From: an uncultured Chloroflexia bacterium
GTDB taxonomy: Bacteria; Chloroflexota; Limnocylindria; Limnocylindrales; CSP1-4
Assembly (NCBI GenBank): GCA_963697135.1
Contig: CAVOMZ010000013.1
Span: 180,859-244,858, forward strand
DNA length: 64,000 nt
Direction: 5' to 3'
Shown: positions 18,078 to 28,910 of the stretch, one piece after another
How the letters are laid out: each line of letters starts with the position of its first letter
How positions within the stretch are numbered: position 1 is the stretch's first letter
The notes under the pieces: generated by a model
Told to the model about the DNA's origin: nothing
The model's database searches: none
The model's input: the letters and a program-made list of their open reading frames with translations, nothing else
Position numbers and translations under genes: made by a program

Positions 18078-19286
18078 GTGACGCAACGAATCCTCGTGCT
18101 CGGCGGCGACGGCTACCTCGGCTGGCCGACGGCCATGGCCTTTTCCCGGGCCGGCCACCGAGTCGCGGTCGTCGACAACTTCGCCAAGCGCCACTGGGAG
18201 CTCGAGCTGGGTGTCCAGCCCCTCTTCCCGATCGGCACGCTCCACGAGCGGGTTCGCGCCTGGCGCGAGGTCTCGGAACGGGAGATCGAGCTCCACGTCG
18301 GTGACCTGACCGACTACGAATTCGTCGAGTCGGTGATCGATGGCTTCCGGCCCGATGCGATCGTCCACTACGGCGAGCAGCCCTCGGCCCCGTACTCGAT
18401 GATCTCCGTCCGCCACGCCGCGCTGACCCAGGCCAACAACGTCATCGGCAACCTCAATGTCCTGTTCGCGATCCGTGACCGGGCACCGGAGGCGCACCTG
18501 GTCAAGCTGGGCACGATGGGCGAGTACGGCACGCCCGATATCGACATCGAAGAGGGCTACCTGACCGTCCAGCACGGCGGCCGCGAGCACACCTTCCTGT
18601 ACCCCAAGACACCCGGCTCGATGTACCACCTGTCGAAGGTCCACGACAGCCACAACATCCACTTCGCCTGCCGGATCTGGGGCCTTCGGGCAACCGACCT
18701 CCACCAGGGTGTCGTGTACGGCGTCGAGACCGACGAGTCGGCCCTCGACCCGCGCCTGGCCACGAGCTTCCACTACGACGAGGTCTTCGGGACCGCCCTC
18801 AACCGGTTCTGCGTCCAGGCCGCCGTCGGCCATCCCCTGACCGTCTACGGGGCGGGCGGCCAGACGCGGGGCTACCTGAACATCCGGGACACGATCCAGT
18901 GCGTCGCCCTGGCCGTGGCCAACCCGGCCGGGCCCGGCGAGCTGCTCGTCTACAACCAGTTCACCGAGTCGTTCAGCGTCCAGGAGCTGGCCGATCGCGT
19001 CGCCGCTGCCGGGCGGCAGCTCGGCTGGTCAGTCGAGGTCAGCCACGTCGCGAACCCCCGGGTCGAGCTCGAGCAGCACTACTACAACCCGAAGCACGAA
19101 AAGCTCCTGGCCCTCGGGCTCCAGCCCCGGCTCCTGTCAGAGGAGCTGATCGACACGATGCTGGCCAAGGTCGCCGACCACCGCGACCGGGTGGACTCGA
19201 ACGCCTTCGTCCAGAACGTGCGCTGGGCCCCAACGGCCCAGCCGGCCGCCGCACGCCCCGCCAGCGAGGCCGAACCCGCCCGCTGA
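18078..19286 (+). CDS. sqdB: UDP-sulfoquinovose synthase (SQD1/SqdB family SDR)
   Basis: GTG 18078 is in the frame of ORF 17340-19286. ILVLGGDGYLGWP, HYGEQPSAPYSM, VKLGTMGEYGTPDIDIEEG, YHLSKVHDSHNI, LNRFCVQAAVGHPLTVYGAGGQTRGYLNIRDT are near-diagnostic SQD1 blocks. Confidence 0.85.
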   Translation: MTQRILVLGGDGYLGWPTAMAFSRAGHRVAVVDNFAKRHWELELGVQPLFPIGTLHERVRAWREVSEREIELHVGDLTDYEFVESVIDGFRPDAIVHYGEQPSAPYSMISVRHAALTQANNVIGNLNVLFAIRDRAPEAHLVKLGTMGEYGTPDIDIEEGYLTVQHGGREHTFLYPKTPGSMYHLSKVHDSHNIHFACRIWGLRATDLHQGVVYGVETDESALDPRLATSFHYDEVFGTALNRFCVQAAVGHPLTVYGAGGQTRGYLNIRDTIQCVALAVANPAGPGELLVYNQFTESFSVQELADRVAAAGRQLGWSVEVSHVANPRVELEQHYYNPKHEKLLALGLQPRLLSEELIDTMLAKVADHRDRVDSNAFVQNVRWAPTAQPAAARPASEAEPAR

Positions 19287-19287
19287 C
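19260..19287. repeat. copy 1 of a 28-nt duplicated segment (3' end of sqdB)
   Basis: GCCAGCGAGGCCGAACCCGCCCGCTGAC recurs at 19751-19778 as GCCAGCGAGGTCGAACCCGCCCGCTAAC (26/28 identical). Weaker similarity continues downstream. Confidence 0.6.
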
Positions 19288-19750
19288 AGCCTCAGCTCAG
19301 CCTCCCGTTGCCTGCCCCGGATCAGTGACGACACCCGCTGACGGCGCGGCCCGGAGCCTCGCCCCTCACCGACCTTTGGCCAGCCCGGGCTGCCTGATGG
19401 CGACAGTTCTGCCTCGCATCCCTCGCCTGGGACCCGCGTCACGGACAAATTGCGATTTGGATCGCGCTTGCTGTGGTGTCGGCTTGTCGTGAGAGCCCCG
19501 CCCGAGCCATGCCACCTCGTCCCAGCCGTTCGCTGGGACCGATTCGTGCTCAACGCCAGGTCACCCAGCCCGGACAAGGCCGTCCTGCCCTCGCGGCGGC
19601 GCCATAAGCGCGACTGAACTCGCGATTTGTCCGCGGCGACTCGCGAGCCGCATCCGCTCAAGTCGAAGCCGAGACTGATCTGCCATGAGGCGAAGTTACG
19701 GCTGGGCCGCTGAAGGCGGATCCACGTCGGGGGCGGCGGCCGCCCGCTCC

Positions 19751-19778
19751 GCCAGCGAGGTCGAACCCGCCCGCTAAC
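19751..19778. repeat. copy 2 of the sqdB 3'-end segment, inside the non-coding islet
   Basis: See copy 1. Confidence 0.6.
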
Positions 19779-20090
19779 GATCGGCCGCGGAGAGCCGCTT
19801 TCCTGACCAGCCTCGTTGTTTGTGTCAAACGGTTGCCCTGGCATCGCTGTGACGCCTCGCGACGGTTGATCGCACTTCCGTCGCGCCTCGCGATCGGTCG
19901 CTGAGCACCAATCGGACCTCTGCAAGCGCCGGCTGACACCTCGCAAGCCACTTCCTATGCCCGCCCCGGCTATAGCGCTTGCTGTCGCAATCGTCTGTCA
20001 GGATCGCAACTCCTGTTCTGGGATCCCGCCAAGCCCATGGCCCGATCCACGGCTGTATCGGTCGGTGGACGACCGGGACGCGGGAGCGCG

Positions 20091-20531
20091 CTACGGTTGC
20101 GCCGTTACAGAGGGGTCTACGTTCGGGGGCGGGGGCAGCGGGGTCGCGCTCGGATTGTCCGCGCAGTATCCGTGGAGCAGGAACCGCCAGCCCGGGTGCC
20201 GGGCAATGAAGCCGAGCGACACCGTCGTATCGATGCCTTCCGGTAGTCGCGCTTCCGAAGAGTTGCACGGCACAATCACGGTCCCGGGCGAGAGCGCCTT
20301 GAGTTGGGCCTGTACGTCAGCCGGGAGTTGGTCAACCGGCGAGGATGATGCGGCCGGCGGGGTCGAGGTCGGGGATGCGCTCGGCGTGGCGGCTGCGGCG
20401 ATCCCGACAGTGCCGGACCCGTTCGTGCTGGAGGCACCTGCAGATGTGTGGATAAGCGCAGCCGTCAGGATGGCGGCCAGAACCACTAACAGCAAGAGCG
20501 GGCTGACCTGCTGACGAATTTTGACGCTCAT
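20091..20531 (-). CDS. hypothetical secreted protein
   Basis: ORF 20091-20552 with ATG 20531. N-terminal signal-like MSVKIRQQVSPLLLLVVLAAILTAALIHTSAGA, then a Ser/Thr/Pro/Ala linker and a Cys-containing C-terminal part. Codon GC3 is lower than in the neighbouring genes. Confidence 0.5.
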   Translation of the reverse strand: MSVKIRQQVSPLLLLVVLAAILTAALIHTSAGASSTNGSGTVGIAAAATPSASPTSTPPAASSSPVDQLPADVQAQLKALSPGTVIVPCNSSEARLPEGIDTTVSLGFIARHPGWRFLLHGYCADNPSATPLPPPPNVDPSVTAQP

Positions 20532-20926
20532 AATCTCTATCCTACCGATCAATGGTATTGATGAAGATGTGATTCGAGGCTGCGATGGTGCAAGTACTCA
20601 ACCCCGCCGACCGACTCGCGAAAGACGTAGAAGTTTGATGAACTGGGCGGTGACGACAGCGCAGGCCCGATGCGAAGTGGGATCGGTCCCGCAGATCCGC
20701 CTGTCCCGTTGACGCCACTTCCACAGTCTCCGCCCCAAGCCCAATACCAGTACAGGTTGCCGTTGCAGTTCGTCGATCCGAATGAGCCATTGTCCGTATC
20801 GCGGGCGGCCGGCTCCAGCTCGGGATCAGCCGCGGCTCACCGGAGCAGGTGATCGACGGCTTCCGCTACTTCGGCTACGAGCCAGCCGAAGGCCAGAGCG
20901 ACGCCCAGCCGACGGCCCCGGCCGAG

Positions 20927-21672
<746 letters not shown>

Positions 21673-21676
<4 letters not shown>

Positions 21677-22867
21677 CGGGCTACCTCCACGTGGGCCGGC
21701 TCGCCGGGCACGACATCGGACAGGTCGAGCGGGACCCGGCCGGGCCGGGCCAGGATCTCGGCCAGGGCCTCGGGAATCGGGTCGACCGAATTCCAGTCGA
21801 CGGGCGGCCGGATATGGACCGAGTCCGGGCCGATGGCCTCGCCCAGGGCACCCCGGGCGGGATCCGTCGTCCACTCGATCGCCACCGCGCCCGAGGTGAA
21901 GCCGGCTCCGAAGGCCACGATCACGATCCGGTCGCCGACCTTGATCCGGCCGCTGTTGGCGGCCTCGGCCAGGGCAATCGGGATCGACGCGGCCGAGGTG
22001 TTGCCGTAGCGGTCGACGTTGACGAACATCCGCTCCATCGGCAGGTCGAGGCCCTTGGCCACGGCCTCGATGATCCGGACGTTGGCCTGGTGCGGGATGA
22101 ACAGGCTGATGTCGGCCGGCTGCAGGCCGGCATGCTCGATCGCCGCGAGCGCCGTGCTGGCCAGGGTCCGCGTCGCGAAGCGATACGTCTCGCGGCCTTC
22201 CATCCGGATGAAGTGCTCGCCGCGGGAGATCGTGGCCTCCGAGGGCGGGCTCTTCGAGCCGCCGGCCGGCAGCCAGATCATGTAGGCGCCCTGGGGCTCC
22301 GTCGTGAGCTCGATCCCCAGCCCGCCGCCGGGCTCGTCGGAGGCGGACAGGACGACCGCTCCGGCCCCGTCGCCGAACAGGATGCAGGTGTTCCGGTCGG
22401 TGTAGTCGAGGAAGCGGGTCAGCAGCTCGGCCCCGATGACCAGGACGTGGCGGGCCATCCCGCTCGTGATGTAGGCCTGGGCCGTGGCGTAGGCGTAGAC
22501 GAAGCCGGAGCAGGCCGCGGCGAGGTCCATGGCCGTCGCCCGGGTGTTGCCGATCGCTTCCTTGACCAGGACTGCCGTCGCCGGCATCCAGTAGTCGGGG
22601 CTCAGGGTCGCCACGAGGATCAGGTCGATCTCGTCTGGTTCGATCCCGGCCACGGCGATGGCCCGGAGCGCCGCAACCGCGGCCATCGAGGCCGTCGTCT
22701 CGTCGGCGGCAGCAACCCGGCGCTCGCGAATCCCCGTCCGGCTGACGATCCACTCGTCGGAGGTGTCGACCATCCGCTCGAGGTCGGCGTTGGTCAGGAC
22801 GCCCGCCGGGGCGTAGCGGCCCCAGCCGGTGAGCAGGGCGCGAGCGAGCCGGCCGGACGGCGTTCAC
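21673..22867 (-). pseudogene. fabH: 3-oxoacyl-ACP synthase III; 5'-proximal frameshift as assembled
   Basis: ORF 21673-22773 carries AAACSGF, HQANVRI and GNTSAAS. The conserved N-terminus ...RALLTGWGRYAPAGVLTNADLERMVDTSDEW is open upstream but has no start codon. The only start (GTG 22867, overlapping the accB stop) is in the adjacent frame, so a +/-1 shift lies within about 22840-22865. Confidence 0.9.
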
Positions 22868-23378
22868 AGCGGCTCGACCTCGATCAGGGGCTGGCGCGCC
22901 TTGACCAGCTGGCCGCTCTCGGCGACGACCCGAACGACCCGTCCGGCCAGGTCCGACTTGATCTCGTTGAACAGCTTCATCGCCTCGATCAGGCCGATCA
23001 CCTGGCCGACCGCGACCTCGCCCCCGGCCTGGACGTAGTCGGCCGAGCCGGGCGACGGCGAGGTATAGAAGATCCCGGTGAGCGGGGCCTTGACCGAGGG
23101 CCGGGCGACCTCCGCCGGCGCGCCGCCCGGGGCCGATCCGGGCTGCGTCGGGGCAGCCGCTGCCGGGGCGGGTGCCGTCGTCGGACGGAGCGCGCCGCCT
23201 TGCGCAGGACCAGTCCGGTCTCGCCGGCCTGGATCTCGAGCTCGGTCAGCTCGCTCCGTTCGAGCAGGAGGGCCAGCCGGTCGACGAGTCCGAGGAGCGA
23301 CTGGTCGGCTGGGCCGGGACCGGTCTTCTCCGCCGCGGCCTCGCTCGACATCGAGCCGGCTTCCTGCTCACCGTTCAT
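22864..23378 (-). pseudogene. accB: biotin carboxyl carrier protein with canonical EAMK biotinylation motif; one frameshift in the linker (about 23185)
   Basis: The N-terminal part of ORF 22998-23378 (LLGLVDRLALLLERSELTELEIQAGETGLVLRK) joins, via a 1-nt deficit, to PTTAPAPAAAAP...VKAPLTGIFYTSPSPGSADYVQAGGEVAVGQVIGLIEAMKLFNEIKSDLAGRVV...IEVEPL* ending at 22864. Confidence 0.85.
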
Positions 23379-24634
23379 CCGGCGAACCGGCTGAAGATGA
23401 GCGTCGTGTTCTGGCCGCCGAACCCGAACGAGTTGCTCATCGCGATCCGGATCTCGCGCCGGCCCGCCGTCAGGGGCGTCAGGTCGAGGCCTTCAGCCAG
23501 CTCGTCAGGCTCGACCAGGTTGATCGTGGGCGGGATGATCCCGCTCCGGATCGACTGGATCGTCGAGATCGCCTCGAGCGCACCCGCCGCGCCGAGGGTG
23601 TGGCCGATCATCGACTTGTTGGCGGTCACCGCGACCTCGGGGGCATGGTCGCCGAAGATCGTCCGGATCGCCATCAGCTCGGCCTTGTCGCCCTCCTCGG
23701 TCGAGGTCGCGTGGGCGTTCAGGTGATCGATCGCGGTCGGCGCGAGGCCGGCCTTCTCGAGGGCCCGCCGGGCGGCTCGCACGGCCCCGCTGCCACCCGG
23801 CGCGGGCGACGTGATGTGGTAGGCATCGGCCGTTGCGCCGTAGCCGATCAGCTCGGCCAGCGGCTCCGCGCCGCGCGCCCGGGCGTGCTCGAGCTCCTCG
23901 AGGATCAGGACCCCGCAGCCCTCGCCCATGACGAAGCCGTCTCGGCCCCGGTCGAATGGCCGGGAGGCTCCGGCCGGATCGTCGTTCCGGGTCGACAGGG
24001 CGCGCATCGCGGCAAAGCCGGCGACGAGCGCCTCCTGGACCCCGGCCTCCGAGCCGCCGGCGATCATCACGTCGGCATCGCCGCGCCGGATGATCTCCCA
24101 CGATTCGCCGATCGCGTGGCCGCCCGTGGCACAGGCCGAGACGACGGCGAAGCTCGGGCCCATCGCCCCGAACGAGATCGAGAGCTGGCCGGCGGCGACG
24201 TTGGGGATCGCCATCGGGACGAAGAACGGGCTGACCCGGTCCGGGCCACGGGTGGCGTTGATCGTGATCTGTTCGCAGAGGGTGTTCACGCCGCCCAGGC
24301 CGGTCCCCAGGATCACCCCGGTTGCCTCGGCCAGGCTCCCCTCGAGGCGCCCCGGCAGGCCCGCTCCGTCGAGCGCCTCGCGGGCCGCGACGAGGCCGAG
24401 CTGGGTGTAGCGGTCGGACCGCCGGATCTCCTTCCGATCGAGGACCAGGCTGGCGTCGAAGTTGGGGATTCCGGCCGCGATCGTGCGTCGTCAGCCGGTC
24501 CGGCTCGAACTCGTCGATCCGATGGACCCCGGAACGACCCGCCACGAGGCCGGACCAGAGCGAGTCGACGCCCGCCCCAGGGACGACACGGCGCCCATCC
24601 CGGTGATCACGACCCGCCGGCTGCCACCGCTCAT
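23375..24634 (-). pseudogene. fabF: 3-oxoacyl-ACP synthase II; two frameshifts in the first 160 nt (about 24576 and 24481)
   Basis: MSGGSRRVVITGMGAVSSLG / (A)GVDSLWSGLVAGRSGVHRIDEFEPDRLTTH / IAAEIPNFDASLVLDRKEIRRSDRYTQLG... lie in three frames. ORF 23375-24316 carries SACATGGHAIG, NAHATST and GHTLGAAG. ATGA overlaps occur at both gene ends. Confidence 0.9.
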
Positions 24635-25375
24635 CGGACGAGCCGCCCGGTTCGGACGGTGGCGGCCCGGTAGACATCACCGGGCAGGCCCCTGGCCGAG
24701 AGCGCGTTGCTCACCGCCAGCGCGTCGAACTCGGTCCGGCGGATCTGGGCCGTGACCTCGTCGTCGACGATATCGACGATCGCCCAGGACGCGCTCGGCT
24801 CGCCGTCGAAGACGTAGCCCACGCTGCCGGCATTGACGATCAGCTTCCAGCCGAGGTCGCGGACCTCTGGCAGGTGGGTGTGGCCGCAGCCGATGACCCG
24901 GGCGTCGGTCCGGGCCGCTCGCTCGAGGGTGACATTCGGGTCGAGAGCGGCATCGAACCCTTCGGTCTGGGAGCCCGGCGAGGCGTGGAGTCGCCAGGAG
25001 CAGCGTCTCGCCCAGGCGCAGCCGGCGCTCGGATGGCAGGCGCCGGAGCCAGTCGATCCGGGCCTCCCCAAGCTCGTCGTGGGCCCACTCGGCCGCCGAG
25101 CGAATCGACTCGGGCACGCCGTCCATCAGGGACGGGAAGGCGGCCGAGTAGTCGAAGTCGGCCACGGCGATGTCGGTGTTGCCGGCGACCACGAGGGCCC
25201 CGGCGGCCTCCAGCTCGCGGATCGCGTCGGCGGCGCCGGCCGGATCCGGCCCGTTCATCACGAGGTCGCCGCAGATCACGGTCGCGTCGGGCTTCTCCTT
25301 GCGCAGGATCGCCCGGACCGCCTCGAGGGCCACGAGGTTGCCGTGGATGTCGCTCAGGATCGCGATCCGGGCCAT
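24631..25375 (-). pseudogene. metallophosphoesterase (YfcE/MJ0936-like); one frameshift (about 24990)
   Basis: MARIAILSDIHGNLVAL...VICGDLV...VVAGNTD (ORF 24677-25375) continues as LHASPGSQTEGF...VIGCGHTHLPEVRDLGWKLIVNAGSVG (ORF 24631-25071). Confidence 0.75.
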
Positions 25376-25842
25376 CAGCGGAGCACCGAGGCGTCGGGGA
25401 TGATGAAGCTCAGGGTGGCCTGGCAGGCGACTTCGCCATCGACCGTGGCCGTGCCGAGCCCGCGCCCGAAACGCCGGCCGAGCTTGTCCATGACCACCTC
25501 GAGGCGGAGCGTGTCACCGGGGCTGACGACCCGCTTGAAGCGGCACTCGTCGATCCCGCCGAACAGGCCGACCCGGTCTCCGAAGCCGGGCTGCTTGGCC
25601 ACGTACACGGCCATCGTCTGGGCCAGCGCCTCGACCTGGATTACTCCGGGCATGACCGGCAGGCCCGGGAAATGGCCCTGGAAGAACCATTCGCTCGCGG
25701 TCACCGCCTTGAGTCCGACGATCCGCCCGGCCGCCTCGTCGTATTCGATGATCCGGTCCACCAGCAGGAACGGCCAGCGATGCGGGATCAGGCCTTCGAT
25801 CTCGCGGGTGGTGTGGACGACGGCGGCGGGTGAATCGGTCAT
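25375..25842 (-). CDS. fabZ: 3-hydroxyacyl-ACP dehydratase
   Basis: 155 aa from ATG 25842 in the lower part of ORF 25375-26133. LIPHRWPFLLVDRI, FFQGHFPGLPVMPGVIQVEALAQ. Confidence 0.9.
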   Translation of the reverse strand: MTDSPAAVVHTTREIEGLIPHRWPFLLVDRIIEYDEAAGRIVGLKAVTASEWFFQGHFPGLPVMPGVIQVEALAQTMAVYVAKQPGFGDRVGLFGGIDECRFKRVVSPGDTLRLEVVMDKLGRRFGRGLGTATVDGEVACQATLSFIIPDASVLR

Positions 25843-25936
25843 CGGCAGCTCCAGGTTGGTCGGCAAGAGTGTGCCCGCCCGGGGGCGGTCCGTGCGGCTG
25901 ATTCCGTGCAGGTCTGCAACACGAGCCCCGGCCCCC

Positions 25937-27308
25937 TCAGCGAGCGGCGGCGGCAAGGAACGAGCCGCGCCCCGACCCGGTCGACCAGGTTCGTGGTCAT
26001 CCGGCCGGCCAGGAACACCTCGTTCCGGAGCAGGGCCTGGTGGATCGCGACGTTCGTGGTCGACGCCGTCGATGACCAGCTCCTCGAGGGCGCCAGCGAT
26101 CGGGCGATCGCGGTCGGGCGATCGGGGCCCCACACGATCAGCTTGCCCAGGAGCGAGTCGTAGAACGGGGGGACCTCGTAGCCCGGGAAGAGGTGGGTGT
26201 CCATCCGGACGCCCGGGCCGCCCGGGGCGAGATAGCGCTCGACGACGCCCGTGCTCGGCCGGAAGTCATGCTCGGCGTCCTCGGCGTTGATCCGGAACTC
26301 GATCGCATGGCCGCGCAGCGACGACGTCGGCCTGGCTGAACCCGAGCGGCTCGCCGGCGGCGATCCGGATCTGGGTCGTCACGAGGTCGATCCCGGTCAG
26401 CATCTCGGTCACCGGGTGCTCGACCTGGATCCGGCAGTTGATCTCGATGAAGTAGGCGTTGCCGGCCTGGTCGACGAGGAACTCGAGGGTACCGACGTTC
26501 TCGTAGCCGGCCGCCACGACGGCCCTGATCGCCCGTTCGGCGAGATCGGTCCGGGCGGCTTCGGCCGAGGGCCGGGGTGGGCGCCTCCTCGAGGAACTTC
26601 TGGTGGCGGCGCTGGACCGAGCAGTCCCGTTCGCCGAGGTGGACGCCATGGCCGAACCGGTCGACGGCGACCTGGACCTCGACGTGGCGGTTGTCCTCGA
26701 GCCATTTCTCGAGATAGAGCGAATCGTCGCCGAAGGCGGAGCGCGCCTCGGACCGGCAGATCTTGACTGCGGCCTCGAGCTCGCGCGGGGTGCGGACCAT
26801 CCGCATGCCCTTGCCCCCGCCGCCGGCCGAGGGCTTGATCAGGACGGGGTAGCCGATCCGCTCGGCCTCCTCGAGGGCGTGCAGGTCGTCGCGGAGCATC
26901 CCGTTCGAGCCGGGGATCGTCGGCAGGCCCTGGGCGCCCGAGCAGGTGGCGGGTCGCCTCCTTGCTGGCGAACCGCTCGAGGACCTGGGCGGGCGGGCCG
27001 ATGAAGGTCAGGTCGTGGGCTCGGACGACCTCGGCGAAGCCCTCGTCCTCGGACAGGAAGCCGTAGCCCGGGTGGATCGCGTCGCAGCCGGTCACGATGG
27101 CTGCGCTGATCATGGCCGGAGCCGACAGGTAGCTCCGCTTGGCATCGGCCGGGCCGACGCAGATCGCCTCGTCGGCCAGCTGGACGGCCAGGCTCTCCCG
27201 ATCGGCCTCGCTGTAGGCGACGACGGCCTCGACCCCGAGGGACCGGCAGGCGCGCAGGATCCGGACGGCGATCTCGCCCCGGTTGGCGATCAGGATCTTC
27301 GAGAACAT
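25937..27308 (-). pseudogene. accC: acetyl-CoA carboxylase biotin carboxylase subunit; about six frameshifts as assembled
   Basis: The pieces lie in ORFs 26409-27308, 26138-26899, 26266-26649, 25839-26204 and 25375-26133. MFSKILIANRGEIAVRILRA..., [95 protein letters not shown]. Junctions at about 26938, 26566, 26329, 26100, 26061, 25965. The probable stop is TGA at 25937. Confidence 0.9.
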
Positions 27309-27865
27309 CAGGCCTCCCGCCCGGTTCGATCGACGGGGGCCGTGATCAGCTCGATCCAGACGAGCTCCTGGCCGTACTCGACGGCGTCGCCCGCTTCGAC
27401 CATCGCCGCCCCGACGATCCCGGCGACCGGCGCGACCACCTCCTGGGGGATGCCCAGCACGTCGACGCTGGCGATCCGATCGCCGGCCCGGACCCGCGAG
27501 CCCGAGGAGATCTCGGCCCGGGGATGGTAGACCCCGACCGCCGGCGAGGTGGCCGCGGTGCGGTAAGGATCGCCCGCCGGTTCGGCCGGCGGCCGGTGCC
27601 CGTCGGACCGCCCGGCATCAAGATGGCCGGGTTCGGCCGGGTGGCCCGCGGCCGGGCGGCTCGATCGGCCGCCGGAGGCTCGCCCGGTGCCCGGGGTCCC
27701 GTCGAGCGGACCCCGCAGCCGGATCTTCCAGTCGCCCTCGCTCACCTCGAGCTCGGCCAGGCCGGTCGCTCCAAGCTTCGCGATCAGGGCCGGCAACAGG
27801 TCATCGGCCAGGCCGAGGATCTGCCGGTGGTCGGCGAGCCGGGCGGCCTCCTTGCGGGGTGGCAC
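27308..27865 (-). CDS. BCCP-like biotinyl-domain protein lacking the biotinylated lysine
   Basis: Intact 185-aa ORF. GTG follows GAGGAGG 3 nt after the accA stop, and TGATG overlaps the accC start. BCCP-type N-terminus (LLPALIAKLGATGLAELEVSEGDWKIRL) and C-terminal hairpin fold (SPAVGVYHP...VRAGDRIASVDVLGIPQEVVAPVAGIVGAAMVEAGDAVEYGQELVWIE). DVLG replaces EAMK. Confidence 0.7.
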   Translation of the reverse strand: MPPRKEAARLADHRQILGLADDLLPALIAKLGATGLAELEVSEGDWKIRLRGPLDGTPGTGRASGGRSSRPAAGHPAEPGHLDAGRSDGHRPPAEPAGDPYRTAATSPAVGVYHPRAEISSGSRVRAGDRIASVDVLGIPQEVVAPVAGIVGAAMVEAGDAVEYGQELVWIELITAPVDRTGREA

Positions 27866-27868
27866 GGA

Positions 27869-28910
27869 TCAAACCTCCTCGCGAGCGGGCGGCTCGTCGG
27901 CTGAAGGGGCGGGGTCTGGAATCGGACCGGTCGGCGACCCGGCCGGCATTCGGCCGGAGCCGCCGAGGAGGTGGCGCAGGCGATCGGTCAGACCGGCCCG
28001 CTCGGGAACCGTTGGGGGCTCCAGGTCGAGGGTCGTGAACGCACCCAGCGCACGATAGCGCCGATAGCGGGCTTCGATCAGCTCATCGAGCGAGACCCGC
28101 TCGAGGGCCTCGAGGTGGCGGACGACGGCCGACTTGATCGTGGCGGCGGTCGCCTCATGGTCGAGGTGGGCGCCCCCGACCGGTTCTGGCAGGACCTCGT
28201 CGACGACGCCCAGCTCGAGCTGGTCGGCTGCGGTCATTCGCATCGCCAGGGCCGCGGCCGGGGCCTGGTCGGGGGTCCGCCACAGGATCGAGGCGCAACC
28301 CTCCGGGCTGATCACCGAGTAGACCGCGTTCTCCAGGGCCAGGACCACGTCGCCGACTGCCACCGCGATCGCCCCGCCGGAGCCGCCCTCACCGGTGATC
28401 ACGGTCACGATTGGTGTCCGCAGGCGGGTCATCAGGGCGATCGAGCTGGCGATCGCCTCGGCGATTCCGCGTTCCTCGGATTCGGCCCCGGGATGGGCCC
28501 CGGGCACGTCGACGAAGGTCACGATCGGCAGGCCCAGCCGGGCGCCGAGCTCCATCACCCGGACGGCCTTGCGATAGCCCTCGGGATGGGGCATCCCGAA
28601 GTTGCGCCGGATGTTCTCGTCGGTCTCGGCGCCCTTCTGCTGGCCGACCACGACGACCCGCCGGCCATCGATCCGGGCCAGGCCGGCGACGATCGCCGGG
28701 TCGTCGCCGAAGTAGCGATCACCGTGCAGCTCGACGAACTCGTCCGCGATCAGGTTCACGATCTCGAGGGTCCGCGGCCGGCGCAGGTTGCGGGCGAGCT
28801 GGACCCGGGCCCAGACGGCGGCCGTCGGATCGAGCCGTTGCCTCGGCCGGCGGATCGGCCTCGGCCGTGGCCGTCTTGCGCCGGGTCCGGCCGGTCAGGC
28901 GCTCAACCAC
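27869..28910 (-). pseudogene. accA: acetyl-CoA carboxylase carboxyltransferase alpha subunit; one frameshift near the 5' end (about 28835)
   Basis: ORF 27869-28759 carries FGMPHPEGYRKA, PIVTFVDVPGAHPG and GEGGSGGA. The conserved upstream LDPTAAVWARVQLARNLRRPRTLEIV is open but start-less. GTG 28910 (VVERLTGRTRRK...) lies one frame off. Confidence 0.88.

Noticed and set aside
20521-20852. Plus-strand small ORFs 20521-20712 and 20670-20852, and minus-strand ORF 20542-20790, in the islet
   Set aside because: Their composition is not protein-like and they have no signal peptide or motif. They overlap the more plausible start-less 20549-20836 frame, and none can be supported.
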